Positions 1 through 11,769 of a stretch of DNA of 64,000 nucleotides are shown piece by piece; position 1 is the first letter of the stretch; the number at the start of each line of letters is the position of its first letter. This stretch comes from Acidimicrobiia bacterium. Its GTDB lineage: Bacteria > Actinomycetota > Acidimicrobiia > Spongiisociales > ZC4RG35. Made by a program: the position numbers and the translations under genes. The stretch is from NCBI GenBank assembly GCA_040878345.1, contig JBBDML010000009.1, forward strand, positions 42,693 through 106,692. The letters are read 5' to 3'. The notes under the pieces are model-generated. The model had not been told where the DNA came from, ran no database searches, and worked only from the letters and a program-made list of their open reading frames with translations.

Positions 1-80
1 GCCAGCACCGTCGCATCGGGTCCCAGTCGTCCGAGCACGTCGAGAGCCTCGTCTTTGCTGGCTGGGGAGATGAACTCCAT
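1..80 (-). CDS. 5' part of xanthine dehydrogenase/CoxM-family FAD-binding subunit (runs off window)
   Basis: Manual translation from ATG at 80: MEFISPASKDEALDVLGRLGPDATVLA..., typical of the CoxM N-terminus leading into the LAGGT motif; co-oriented with the upstream operon. Confidence 0.6.
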   Translation of the reverse strand, partial: MEFISPASKDEALDVLGRLGPDATVL

Positions 81-90
81 CCGAAGGCCG

Positions 91-468
91 TTAGGGCTGC
101 ACTGCGCTGGTGTGATGCGCCAACGCCCGCCATCGAGCGTCGCGCTTGATCCAAACTGCGGTGAACATCAGCTCACGATCCAGGCCCTGTCCCCCTCCTG
201 GAGCCAGATAGGAGCCGTCGACGATTGCGATCTCGCCGAAGGTCCGGACCCGGAGATCTCGCGGGGCAGCCGGCGCTCTGTCTCTGGGAACCGGGGCGAT
301 GTAGTGCTCGTAGTCTGGCTTGTATCGGACGATCCCGTTGAAGTCGATGTAGACCCAGTCCTCTGAGAGCGTCGTCTCGAAGAAGTCCCCCGGGTCACCG
401 CCCACCCGATCGAACCATTCGTCATAGATCCTCTCGAACTCGGCGACCAGGTCCCGCGTTTCACTCAT
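91..468 (-). CDS. NTF2-like/DUF4440 family protein
   Basis: 125 aa; pattern LSEDWVYIDFNG...VRTFGEIAIV...FTAVWIKRDARWRALAHH; overlaps the permease stop. Confidence 0.7.
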   Translation of the reverse strand: MSETRDLVAEFERIYDEWFDRVGGDPGDFFETTLSEDWVYIDFNGIVRYKPDYEHYIAPVPRDRAPAAPRDLRVRTFGEIAIVDGSYLAPGGGQGLDRELMFTAVWIKRDARWRALAHHTSAVQP

Positions 469-1446
469 GTCGCCTCCCTTCGCACCCAGGCGTCCACCGC
501 CACGGCGGTGAGGATGATCCCGCCCTGGAAGATCTGCTGGTAGATGGGATTGATGTCCAACAGGTTGAACCCGTTGCGCACCAGCGCCAGGAGCATCAGA
601 CCGAGGACCGTCCGCCAGATGGCGCCGTCGCCACCCAGGATGCTGGTGCCACCGATGACGATCGCCGCGATGGCCGAGATCTCGAGACCGATGCCGGTGT
701 CTGCCTGGCCGGTCGCCACTCTCGAGGCGGAGATGATCCCAGCGAGGGCTGCCGCGGTGCCCGATATGGCGAAGGTCACCGCCCTGATCAGATGCACCCG
801 GATCCCGACCAACCGCGCCGCCTCGGCGTTGCCACCCACCGCGAATATGTAACGGCCGAACGTCGTGGTCCGCAGCATCACCCCCGACAGGATCACCACT
901 GCCAGGAAGAGCCAGACCGAGTACTTCACCCCGAGCATCTCTCCCCGGCCCAGAGTTGCGAAGTCGGTATCGGCGACACGCACCAACTGACCCCCGGTGA
1001 GGGCGATGGCCAACCCGCGGATCATTATCCCGGCCGCCAGGGTGGCGATGATGGCGTTGATACGGCCCACCGTCGACAGGAGCCCGTTGACCGTTCCGAG
1101 TACCAGCCCACAGACCACAGCAAGGGTCATGGCAACGGGCACTCCGAGTGTGTCGACGGTGAGGGCGGCCACGATCCCGGAGAGGGCGAACACCGCCCCG
1201 GTCGAGAGGTCCAACCCTCCGGCGATCAGGACCAGGGTGCCGGTGACGGCGATGACCCCGATCGTGGACTGCTGATCGAGGATGTTGAGCAGGTTTCGGG
1301 GGGTGAGGAAGGCGGGACTGGCGAAGGCGAGGACGACGAAGAGGATGGCGAAGGCGATGATGATCCCGTAATCGCGTAGAGCCGACACGCCGCGTCCACG
1401 GATGGCCGGCGTGGCTACGACGCTGGGGTCTTGGGTGGAGGCTTGG

Positions 1447-1454
<8 letters not shown>
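465..1454 (-). CDS. Monosaccharide ABC transporter permease (RbsC-like)
   Basis: Hydrophobic; GGLDLSTG, FGRYIFAVGGNAEAARLVGI, IAAIVIGGTS motifs; start moved to ATG 1454, overlapping the ATPase stop. Confidence 0.9.
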
Positions 1455-2970
<1,516 letters not shown>

Positions 2971-2999
2971 TCGTTACGCCGCGTCTGTGATGCTTCGGA

Positions 3000-4094
3000 T
3001 CAACCTTCCCACTGGCATTCGAACTGTGACACCGTCTCGGCGGTGAGGACAGAAGGGAACCCGCTCTCGGCTTGGGCATCTATGCCTTGGGGCTCGGTGA
3101 TCTCCCCGCGTACCCAGCCGATGGCGATCTCTGCTCCAACGACCCCCTCGTTGCGAGGGACGTCGAGAGTCGTCCCGAACCAAGCACCGGATTCGACGTT
3201 CGCCACCCCTGGGCAGCTTCCGCCACCGCCGATCAGGAGGACATCCACGCCCGGGACGAGACCGGCGTCCTCAACGGCGATCTGAGCGCCAAGGGTCATC
3301 TGGTCACCGGTTGTGGCCAACACGTTGATGTCGGGATTGGCCTGGAGGATGTCCTGAGCGATCGCCAGCGCCGGGTCGGCGAGATAGCCGCCACCGTCCT
3401 GGTAGGCGACGAGGTTGATGTGGTCGTTCTCGGCGACGATCTGGTCGAGAAGCTCCTTGGTCTTCACCTCGAAGTCGATGGTCGCGAAACCGGCGATCCA
3501 GCCCACGTTGCACGGGTCGAGATCCGCGCATGCCTCGAGCAATAGGTTGGTGATGTTCTCGGCCCGGACCGTTCCCGGTGTCATCACGGTCCCCGCCTGC
3601 CCGTCGATTTGTGGCTGGCTCGTGGTGAGATCGGGGCCCAGGGCCAGGTCGGTGTTGACCACGGCGAGCCCGGCTGCGATCGCCTCCTCGGCTGCCGGAA
3701 CCAGAGCGACCGGGTCCAGGGGGATGATGATGAGGGCGTCGAAGGTCCCTTGGGCGACGGCGTCCTGGATCTGACTGAACTCGAGGGTGGCGTCGAATTG
3801 GGTGTCGAAATAGGTGAGCTCGGCTCCTTCACGGGCCGCCACCTCTTCCAACCCTTCGATGGTGGCAGCCACATAGCTGTTGGCCATCGGTGCGAAGAAG
3901 GCGATTTGGATCGGCTCCTCGGGGGCTGCCGACGTGGTCGTCGCCTCCCCTCCTTCGGTCGTGGTCGCGGCTAGTGGACCCGTCGTGGTGGTCGAGTCGG
4001 TGGTCTCGGCTGGCGAACAAGCCGCCGCGACCAGGCTAAGGGCGATGACGAGGAGGCTGAGTCGCCATCCCGTCTTGCCTCCGGTCCGTCCCAT
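3000..4094 (-). CDS. Sugar ABC transporter substrate-binding lipoprotein
   Basis: Lipobox LVAAAC, Thr-rich linker, periplasmic binding protein type I pattern; GGAGGA RBS upstream of ATG 4094. Confidence 0.85.
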   Translation of the reverse strand: MGRTGGKTGWRLSLLVIALSLVAAACSPAETTDSTTTTGPLAATTTEGGEATTTSAAPEEPIQIAFFAPMANSYVAATIEGLEEVAAREGAELTYFDTQFDATLEFSQIQDAVAQGTFDALIIIPLDPVALVPAAEEAIAAGLAVVNTDLALGPDLTTSQPQIDGQAGTVMTPGTVRAENITNLLLEACADLDPCNVGWIAGFATIDFEVKTKELLDQIVAENDHINLVAYQDGGGYLADPALAIAQDILQANPDINVLATTGDQMTLGAQIAVEDAGLVPGVDVLLIGGGGSCPGVANVESGAWFGTTLDVPRNEGVVGAEIAIGWVRGEITEPQGIDAQAESGFPSVLTAETVSQFECQWEG

Positions 4095-4178
4095 TTTCAT
4101 TCCTCCATTCGCCAAGGGGCTCGGCGGGAAAATATTATAACGAATTAGAATCCGCCGCGGCCCTGGAAGGAGAGAGAC

Positions 4179-4967
4179 ATGAGAACACTCGAAGGCAAAG
4201 TTGCCGTGGTCACCGGGGCGTCGAGGGGGTTGGGTGCCGCCATCGCCCGGAGGTTGGCCGAGGAGGGCGCCTCTGTGAGCATCTCGGCACGCAACGTCGA
4301 TCTCCTCGAGAAGGTGGCCAATCAGATCGAGGAGGGAGGCGGGGTTGCCCTCTGGACAGGTTGTGACGTCACCGCGCCCAACGACATCGAGGCGATGGCG
4401 GCCAAGACGCTGGACCGGTTTGGCCGGACCGACATCCTCGTCAACAATGCGGGGGCGATCTCGATCGCACCGTTCCTCGAGGAAACCGACGAGCAGTGGG
4501 ATTACATGCTCAAGGTCAACCTGGACAGTGCCCGTTGGGCCACCCGGGCCTTCCTCCCCTCGATGATCGAGAACGGCGGCGGGAAGGTGATCTTCATGTC
4601 GTCCAACGCCGCTAAGAAGGGCTTCATCAACGATGCCGGCTATTCGGTGGCCAAGGCCGGTCTGATGGCGCTGACCAAGGTGCTCGCCGTCGAATTCGGG
4701 AACCAGGGGATCGAGACCTTCGCCGTCCACCCCGGGCTGGTCGCAGAGACAGACATGGGTGACTTCATCGTCGAGGACCACATCCAGAGACCGGAGTTCG
4801 AGGGGAGTCGGGAGAAGTTCTGGGAGTGGGCCAACCCGCTCTCCCCCACCGGATTCCACCCGACCGTCAAGGAGATCGAGGACCTGGTCGCCTTCCTCGC
4901 ATCACCGGGGAGCACCGTGTTGACCGGGACCTGTATCACCGCCGATCACGGGTTCACCCCGTACTAG
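4179..4967 (+). CDS. SDR family oxidoreductase
   Basis: TGASRGLG, NNAG, YSVAK catalytic motif. Confidence 0.9.
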   Translation: MRTLEGKVAVVTGASRGLGAAIARRLAEEGASVSISARNVDLLEKVANQIEEGGGVALWTGCDVTAPNDIEAMAAKTLDRFGRTDILVNNAGAISIAPFLEETDEQWDYMLKVNLDSARWATRAFLPSMIENGGGKVIFMSSNAAKKGFINDAGYSVAKAGLMALTKVLAVEFGNQGIETFAVHPGLVAETDMGDFIVEDHIQRPEFEGSREKFWEWANPLSPTGFHPTVKEIEDLVAFLASPGSTVLTGTCITADHGFTPY

Positions 4968-5971
4968 AGGTCAGGCCTGCCCAGCATGGGCAGCACCCGT
5001 CGTGTCGTCGTCTCGACGATTGCGTCGAGGCTCTCCGTCGGAGTGGGGAACAGACCCACCGCGTCGGCGCCTGCCTCGAAGTACTCGGTAATCTTGACGG
5101 CGACCTGCCCGGGGTCACCGGCGATGGCGAGCATGTCGATCCAGTGCTCGGGCATGGTCTCTTCTAGAGGGCGGTCTTCCTCGAGCAGCGTCTTCAGCTC
5201 GGTTGAGATCCCCGCCTGGTCGGTGAGAGCATTGGGCCCGCCCGCGCTCAGGTAGAAGGCCATCGGCCCCCGCACCGCCTCCCTGGCCCGCGCTCCATCA
5301 TCGTCCACCGAATAGAGGGCGAAAGCGGTCATCCGATGATGATCGGTGCGGCCGGCCTGGTTTCGCCCGGCTTTGACCCGCTCCCCCGCCCAGCGGATGT
5401 AATCGGGGCCGCTCAGCACGGAGAGGACGGAGCCGTCGGCTATCCGGCCCGAGAGCTCCAACATCCGCGGGCCGATCGCCCCGAGATGTAAGGGGAGGGC
5501 GCCGGCTTCGATGGGGTAGGTCAGGGTCACGTCCTTGAACGTGAAAAGGTCGCCCTGATGGTTGAGGGTGTCACCTCGCAGGAGCGCCGCCACCGCCTCT
5601 ACGCACTCGGTTACTGCGCCCAGGGAGGACTCGGGCGTCAGACCCATCTGCTCGATCCAGGCGGGCACTCCAAGACCGATACCGGCGACGAGACGACCGG
5701 GGTACACACCCGACAGTGTGGACAGCTCCATCGCCAGCAGCGCCGGATGGCGGGCCACTGCGGATACGACACCCAACCCGACCTTGATTCGATCGGTGTT
5801 GGCGAGACACACCCCGGCCGCCGAGATCCCACCGGTGAAGAAGAAGTCCTCGGCAAGCCATACCTCGTCGAAGCCGGCGTCCTCGGCCCGCTTGACCACC
5901 GACTGCAGATGCTGGGGCCCGATGGCACTTCCGAGGACCAAACCGACGACGTCAGCCAACGCTGACCTCAA
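4964..5971 (-). CDS. LLM class flavin-dependent oxidoreductase
   Basis: AEDAGFDEVWLAED, RHPALLAME, GAIGPRMLELSGRIADG. Confidence 0.85.
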   Translation of the reverse strand: MRSALADVVGLVLGSAIGPQHLQSVVKRAEDAGFDEVWLAEDFFFTGGISAAGVCLANTDRIKVGLGVVSAVARHPALLAMELSTLSGVYPGRLVAGIGLGVPAWIEQMGLTPESSLGAVTECVEAVAALLRGDTLNHQGDLFTFKDVTLTYPIEAGALPLHLGAIGPRMLELSGRIADGSVLSVLSGPDYIRWAGERVKAGRNQAGRTDHHRMTAFALYSVDDDGARAREAVRGPMAFYLSAGGPNALTDQAGISTELKTLLEEDRPLEETMPEHWIDMLAIAGDPGQVAVKITEYFEAGADAVGLFPTPTESLDAIVETTTRRVLPMLGRPDL

Positions 5972-6173
5972 TCCTCGTCAACGTAGGCTGTGATGGCATT
6001 CAGGATCCCGCCGACCTTCGGGTGCATTCGATGTTTTATAGTATCTGAGTGACCTGTCTCGTCTGGTTCCGACTGCCTCAACCGGCCCCTCGCCGGGCGC
6101 GGAGACGACCGAAGCCGGCAATGGTTGATCCGATGACCACGTCTCTCCCCATCCCCCGGACCCCTCCTCCCGG

Positions 6174-7355
6174 ATGACCGACGCCTTCCCAGCTCGCAGA
6201 GGCAAGCAGGCCGACGGGTCGGCCGGGGGAATGCGACGCTCCGGGATACGCGATGTCTTCGACGCCGTCTGGGCCCTACCCGAGGCAATACATCTGGAGG
6301 TGGGCGAGCCCAACTTCCCGACCCCCCCTCACATCATCGACGCCGCCGCCCAGGCAGCACGGGATGGGATGACCAAGTACACCCCCAACGCGGGGATCCC
6401 GCAGCTGCGAGAGGCGCTCGCCGCCAAGGTATCGAGGGTGAACCGATTCGATCCGAAGCCCGATCAGATCGTGGTGACCACCGGAGGTATCGGAGGTCTC
6501 TGCTCGGCTCTGCTGGCGGTGGCCAAGCCGGGTGACCAGGTCATGATCGGCGACCCCGGGTGGCCGAACTACCGGATGATCTGTGAGCTTCAAGGCCTCG
6601 ACATGGTGTATTACCCGATCTCCGCCGGGACCGGGTTCCAACCGGTCGCTTCGGAGCTGGCATCGTTGATCTCGGACCGCACTCGGGTTCTCGTCATCAA
6701 CAGTCCCAGCAACCCCACGGGGTCTGTCTTCGACACTCAGGTCCTGGGTGACCTCTATGAGCTGGCCCAGGCCCATGACCTGTGGGTGATCTCCGATGAG
6801 GTCTACGACGAGGTGACCTTCGAGGGAACCCCGTTGAGCATCGCCTCGATGGACTCCGATGGCCGGGTGATAACCGTGTACAGCTTCTCGAAGACGCACT
6901 CCATGACCGGGTGGCGGGTCGGATACGTGATAGCACCCGAGCCGGTGGCCGAGCTGGTGGCGCGGGTACAGGAGGCGATGACTTCCTGTGTCAATGCTCC
7001 GGCTCAGGCCGCCGCCCTGGCGGCGACCACAGGGCCCCAGGACCACGTCGAGATGATGAGATCCGCCTATCGGGAGCGGCGCGATCGGGTTCTTGAGATC
7101 CTGGGGAGCTTCGAGGTTCCGGCCATGACCCCGGAGGGGGCCTTCTACGTCTGGATCGACATCTCAGGTGCCGGCACCGACGACATCTCATTCGCCAAGA
7201 GGCTTATCGACGAGTCGCTGGTTGCCGTGGTTCCCGGCACCACCTTCGGCCCCAACGGGGGGCGCTACATCCGCATCTCGTTGGCGACCGCTCCCGACGA
7301 GCTCTACGAGGGCGTCACCCGGATCGGGAACGTCTACCGCAGCCTTTTGATCTGA
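6174..7355 (+). CDS. PLP-dependent aminotransferase class I/II
   Basis: GEPNF, NSPSNPTG, SDEVY, SFSKTHSMTGWRVG (PLP lysine). Confidence 0.9.
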   Translation: MTDAFPARRGKQADGSAGGMRRSGIRDVFDAVWALPEAIHLEVGEPNFPTPPHIIDAAAQAARDGMTKYTPNAGIPQLREALAAKVSRVNRFDPKPDQIVVTTGGIGGLCSALLAVAKPGDQVMIGDPGWPNYRMICELQGLDMVYYPISAGTGFQPVASELASLISDRTRVLVINSPSNPTGSVFDTQVLGDLYELAQAHDLWVISDEVYDEVTFEGTPLSIASMDSDGRVITVYSFSKTHSMTGWRVGYVIAPEPVAELVARVQEAMTSCVNAPAQAAALAATTGPQDHVEMMRSAYRERRDRVLEILGSFEVPAMTPEGAFYVWIDISGAGTDDISFAKRLIDESLVAVVPGTTFGPNGGRYIRISLATAPDELYEGVTRIGNVYRSLLI

Positions 7356-7365
7356 GCCTCACCGG

Positions 7366-8322
7366 TCACCTGTCGATGCTTCGACCCGGATCACCGAGAA
7401 GGCTCATCACCTCCCGGCGGGTGGTGGAAAGGAAGTCGCCGTGCAGACCCAATGCCAGCGCCGCCATCACCGTCCCCATCTCGACTCCCCGACCCAGATC
7501 GCCATCGAGATAACCGGCGATGATCCCGGCGGCAAAGGCGTCGCCGGCGCCGATCCGGTCGATGACCGTGGCCGGCCTCGCCGGGACGTGTGAGAAGGCG
7601 GTCCCTGACCGCCACAGGGCACCATTCTCACCCAAGGAGAGGACCACATTGTCTGTCTCCATTCGCTCTTGAAGCTTTGCTGAGATCTCACCTGCCTCGC
7701 CGGTGATGCCGAAGACGTCGCGGGCGTCCTCCCGGTTGACGATGAGAAGATCGATCTTGCCGGAAATCGCCTCGAAGGTGGCCCGAGCCTGCTCGGCACT
7801 CCACAGCTTGGATCGGAAGTTGATGTCGAGGGAGAGGAGAGTCTCGAGCCCGGCGACTCGAGCCACCACCTCGAGAGTGAGGTCCCGGCACGATGACGAG
7901 ATCGCAGGGGTGATGCCGCTGACGTGGACCAGACGTGTCGCTGCGATCGCATCCCATGGGAAGGTCTCCCCTGACATGTGGGTGGCGGTGGAGCCCTGAC
8001 GGTCATAGATGATGCTGACCGGTCGGGGTGGGCCGCTCAGCTCGACGAAGAACACCCCCATCCGACCTTGGTCGACCCAATCGACCAGGCTCAGATCGAC
8101 CCCGTATCGGATCAGCTCGCCGGAGAGTCGTCGGCCAAGGGCGGTATCGGGGAGGATCGAGTACCAGGCCACGTCGACCCCCAGTCGTGCCAGGGTTGCC
8201 GCGACATTGGCCTCGGCACCGGCCGGGTGGACATCGAGTCGCTCCATGTGCTCGAGTCGGGAACCGGGGGGGACGCTGAGACGAAGCATCCCCTCACCGA
8301 AAGTAAGTACGTCGTATTTCAT
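7366..8322 (-). CDS. PfkB family sugar kinase, 2-keto-3-deoxygluconate kinase-like
   Basis: FGEGMLRL, AGAEANVA, DINFRSKLW, DRIGAGDAFAAG; adjacent to aldolase. Confidence 0.85.
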   Translation of the reverse strand: MKYDVLTFGEGMLRLSVPPGSRLEHMERLDVHPAGAEANVAATLARLGVDVAWYSILPDTALGRRLSGELIRYGVDLSLVDWVDQGRMGVFFVELSGPPRPVSIIYDRQGSTATHMSGETFPWDAIAATRLVHVSGITPAISSSCRDLTLEVVARVAGLETLLSLDINFRSKLWSAEQARATFEAISGKIDLLIVNREDARDVFGITGEAGEISAKLQERMETDNVVLSLGENGALWRSGTAFSHVPARPATVIDRIGAGDAFAAGIIAGYLDGDLGRGVEMGTVMAALALGLHGDFLSTTRREVMSLLGDPGRSIDR

Positions 8323-8951
8323 CTGGTGCTCTTCACCGCCTCGGTGACCAGATCGGCGATCTGGTCCAGGTCCCCTCTCTCGATGAGGTGCGCGGGGAAC
8401 AGGCTCCCCCCCATGCCGGCTGCGGCCGCCCCTGCCTCCAGATAGGCCCGGATGTCGCTGACTTCCACCCCCCCTGTCGGCACCAGGGACACGCCTTCCA
8501 AGGGCTCACGGAGGGCTGATATATATGCTGGCCCACCAAGCTCCCGAATCGGGAACACCTTCACCGCGGCGGCCCCGAGTCGGTGCGCGGTCCAGATCTC
8601 GGTTGGTGTGGCCGCCCCGGGGAGACAGGGGACTGCCGCAGCGAGGCAGGCTTCGACGACATCGGGGAGGACCACCGGTGTCACCACGAAAGACGCGCCC
8701 GCTCGGATAGCCGAGCCGGCCCCTGAGGCAGTGAGGACGGTGCCGGCGCCGATGGTGAGGCCCGGAATGGAGTCGAGCAGCATCTCGATCTGATCCAAGG
8801 CATCGGTCGTGTCGAGCGTGACTTCGACGATGGTCAGACCGGAATCGTGAGCCACCCGCGCCACGTCGACTACCCGGTCCCGGGGGCATCGTCTCAGGAT
8901 GCCGATGAGCGGAACCTCGGCCAGGGCGGGAATTCGCTCTTGCAAACTCAA
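8319..8951 (-). CDS. KDPG/KHG aldolase (Eda-like)
   Basis: IGILR, VEVT, GAGTV, PGAATPTE, VKVFP, PTGGV; start codon uncertain (TTG 8951 chosen). Confidence 0.85.
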   Translation of the reverse strand: MSLQERIPALAEVPLIGILRRCPRDRVVDVARVAHDSGLTIVEVTLDTTDALDQIEMLLDSIPGLTIGAGTVLTASGAGSAIRAGASFVVTPVVLPDVVEACLAAAVPCLPGAATPTEIWTAHRLGAAAVKVFPIRELGGPAYISALREPLEGVSLVPTGGVEVSDIRAYLEAGAAAAGMGGSLFPAHLIERGDLDQIADLVTEAVKSTR

Positions 8952-9053
8952 CTCGGTGTCACCGACCAGCAGGCTAATAAGACGATTCGCCGCCGCCAGG
9001 CGGGTGGGTGCCGAGGCACTGGTACCGTCCTCAGGAGCATCGAGAGGTCGATA

Positions 9054-9725
9054 GTGGAAGAACGAAGCCCGGCGACGCCACCTGCCACTACGAGTGTCGA
9101 CCGAGTCCATCAGGAACTTCGTGATGCGATCATCGAAGGCAGGTTCATTCCGGGCTCGCCGCTGCGTCTCAATCGTCTGACCGAGGAGTTCGGGGTCAGC
9201 CTGATTCCCATCCGCGAGGCATTGCGGCGTCTCGAGGTCGAGCGTTTGGTGGAAACCTCTCCGAACCGCGGTGCTCGCGTCGCCGGCATCTCACCCGAGG
9301 ATGTCGCCGACGTGTACTCGATGCGGATTCTTCTCGAGTCGGAGGCGCTGGTCCGTGCCTGGCCGCGATTGACGCCGGAGGTCATCGACGAGCTGACGAA
9401 GCTGCGGAATCGGATGGCGCAACAGATCAGCAAGGGTGATCCCGAGGGTTACGAGTTGCACCGTCGTCTCCACTTCGAGATCTACGAGCGGGCCGATTCG
9501 CCCTGGCTGCTCTATTTGATCGAGATCCTGTGGAGTCACACCGAGCGCTACCGAAAGCTGGCAAGTCAGTTGAAGACGTTCATCGACTTCCCCGATGATT
9601 TACATGCCCACATCCTGGAAAGCGCCAGGAAGGGCAATCTGGAAGAGGCGACAGCGTTCCTCGCACGAGATCTCGAGCGCACCTCTCGCCTGGTGATCGG
9701 CGCCCACACTCCCGAAGACGAATGA
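9054..9725 (+). CDS. GntR family regulator (FCD domain)
   Basis: wHTH LRDAIIEGRFIPG...FGVSLIPIREALRRL, FCD LHRRLHFEIY; GTG 9054 with GAGAGG RBS. Confidence 0.9.
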   Translation: MEERSPATPPATTSVDRVHQELRDAIIEGRFIPGSPLRLNRLTEEFGVSLIPIREALRRLEVERLVETSPNRGARVAGISPEDVADVYSMRILLESEALVRAWPRLTPEVIDELTKLRNRMAQQISKGDPEGYELHRRLHFEIYERADSPWLLYLIEILWSHTERYRKLASQLKTFIDFPDDLHAHILESARKGNLEEATAFLARDLERTSRLVIGAHTPEDE

Positions 9726-9811
9726 CTTAGGCAGACAACGAGGGCGAGAGACGGCACTGGCGGCTGATATGTCAGTCGATCCGACAGCGAACCAGGACGT
9801 GCTGGCCGCGG

Positions 9812-9990
9812 TCGGAGCTCGCCATCCAGACAGGCGAACCAGCCCTCGAACGCTTCGTTCGTCTCCGGCGCAACCGAAATCGATCCGAATACGGATCCAT
9901 GACTTTTGGTGAAGCTGAAGTCCGGGAGGCGATCGACAACGCCAGAGCCATTCACGCAGAATGCGCGAATTTCGGCAATCTGTTGCAACA
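9812..9990 (+). pseudogene. Possible C-terminal remnant of a HEPN-domain protein
   Basis: Frame reads ...EPALERFVRLRRNRNRSEYGSMTFGEAEVREAIDNARAI..., resembling the HEPN R-x4-[HY] C-terminal helices; no credible start; boundaries approximate. Confidence 0.3.
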
Positions 9991-10121
9991 GAGAGTGGCG
10001 GTCGCCCACCAGCGAACTAAGTCACCTAGGGGCCGGGGATGCGGTAGCGGTCACGCAAGGACCCCAACCGATCTGGCCTTTCCTCCAGGTTGCGGTGACC
10101 CCAGCCCTGTAGCCTGCGGCC

Positions 10122-11462
10122 GTGCCTGTGGCTCAACCGAACATTCGGTTCACGACCACGAGAGATGGTGTCGACATCGGCTTCTGGGAGATCGGCTCCG
10201 GCCCCACCCTCCTCCTCGCTCAGAACAGGAGTCTCAGTCACGCCGAGCTGGAGTGGGCAGTCCCATCGATGGCGGCGTTGTACCTCGAGTTGGCCAGGTA
10301 CTTCCGTCTTGTGAGGTTCGACCCTCGAGGCGCCGGCATCTCGGGCGACTCCACCGAGGAAGAGGTGACCCTTGATGGCCTCGCCCAGGACATCGAAGCG
10401 GTCGCCAAGGCCCTCGCCGTCGGAGAGTTGATGCTCGTCGGCGCCATCTCCCTCGGCCCGGCAGCCGTGATGTATGCCGTATCTCACCCGGAGATGGTCA
10501 CCCACCTCATCCTGTGCGACACGGGCCCGAGACTGAGTGACCTGCCCCTGGATGCATATGTCAAAGCCACGGATGCGCTGGTGGACCTGGGGGTGATTCC
10601 GAGCCTGACCGGTCTGTTCCCCTCGAACCCAACCGACGACCTCCCGGCACTCGAGCGCCTGATGCGAGGCTCGCTCTACAACCGGCCACGGATCAAGGCG
10701 CGTGATCTGCGCACTTTCGATGTCACCGACCTCCTCGACCAGGTACTGGCGCCGACCCTGGTGCTCAAGTCACAAGACAGTCTGTACACCGATCTGAGCC
10801 AGACCCGTGCGCTCATCTCGGGGATCCCAAAAGCCGAGATGAGGGTCGTGCCCGGCACCATGGCACCCTGGCTCGCCGACCGCGACTCCGTGATGGAAGC
10901 CTTCGTCTCGTTTCTCACCTCCGGGCATCACCAGCCCGACGTCGACCAGAGCGACGGGTTCCTGACCGTGGTGTTCACCGACCTGGTCTCGTCCACCGAG
11001 GTGCTGAGCCGCAAGGGCGACCTCGAAGCGCGTCGGGCCTTCCGTGAGATCGAGGACCTGGTGGCAGAGTTGAGCGCCAAGTGCGGCGGCAACCTGATCA
11101 AGAAGCTGGGCGACGGATCCCTCATCACCTTCAAGTCGACACGCCGGGCGATTGACTTCTCCCTGGAGCTCCAGGACCGTATGGCTCTCCAACCCATACA
11201 AATGCGAGTCGGGATGGCGGCCGGGGAGCCGATCCAGGAGGAGGGGGACGTCCACGGAGCTGTCGTCGTCCAAGCCAGCCGCATCGCCGACCTCAGCGAG
11301 GCTGGAGACGTGATGGTCTCCGACAGCGTGCGCCAACTCGCGGTCGGCAAGGAGTTCGAATTCGAGCCACGGGGCCAGGTCCACCTCAAGGGATTCGAAG
11401 AGGCACAACGGGTCTGGAAGGCCACCAGGTCCCACGAGAGAACGCATTCGACCACCCCGTAG
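10122..11462 (+). CDS. Alpha/beta-hydrolase fold + class III adenylate/guanylate cyclase fusion (Rv1900c/LipJ-like architecture)
   Basis: N-terminal RFDPRGAGIS hydrolase-fold region; C-terminal FTDLVSST, KKLGDG, RVGMAAGE, LKGF cyclase motifs. Confidence 0.85.
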   Translation: MPVAQPNIRFTTTRDGVDIGFWEIGSGPTLLLAQNRSLSHAELEWAVPSMAALYLELARYFRLVRFDPRGAGISGDSTEEEVTLDGLAQDIEAVAKALAVGELMLVGAISLGPAAVMYAVSHPEMVTHLILCDTGPRLSDLPLDAYVKATDALVDLGVIPSLTGLFPSNPTDDLPALERLMRGSLYNRPRIKARDLRTFDVTDLLDQVLAPTLVLKSQDSLYTDLSQTRALISGIPKAEMRVVPGTMAPWLADRDSVMEAFVSFLTSGHHQPDVDQSDGFLTVVFTDLVSSTEVLSRKGDLEARRAFREIEDLVAELSAKCGGNLIKKLGDGSLITFKSTRRAIDFSLELQDRMALQPIQMRVGMAAGEPIQEEGDVHGAVVVQASRIADLSEAGDVMVSDSVRQLAVGKEFEFEPRGQVHLKGFEEAQRVWKATRSHERTHSTTP

Positions 11463-11709
11463 GACCAGGGCGAGGCGATCGCTCTGATCCCACATCAACA
11501 GGCGGCACGCGCACCCCTTCCGATCGGTCGAGTGCCAAACCAAATCCACTACTTCCCGGTAGTCCAGAAAAAGGGTTAGACGACCGATCGCCTCCTCTTT
11601 ACTCATCTCCTGAACATCCGACTCGGACAGGCGAACCCGTGCTGCGAACGCGAAATCTCGAATGAGCAGTCACGGAGAATGCTGACATGTGCCACCCTCC
11701 AAGGCTGCC

Positions 11710-11719
11710 CAATCGATTG
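11710..11719. promoter_or_regulatory. Putative LacI-family operator CAATCGATTG
   Basis: Perfect palindrome upstream of the CMD/CocE operon; TAGGAT -10-like box at 11736. Confidence 0.55.
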
Positions 11720-11769
11720 CCCGGCCCGGTTTCATTAGGATGGGTGCAGAGACCGGAAGGAGAACGGTG

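Noticed and set aside
4095-4859. N-terminal extension of the 619-aa ORF 3000-4859
   Set aside because: It is the antisense shadow of the SDR gene; the real SBP starts at ~4094 with RBS and lipobox
9976-9985. CAATCTGTTG as another LacI operator
   Set aside because: It lacks the central CG
11465-11690. Short minus-strand reading MSKEEAIGRLTLFLDYREVVDLVWH in a lower-GC spacer
   Set aside because: Possibly a gene relic, but no recognisable family and poor RBS spacing
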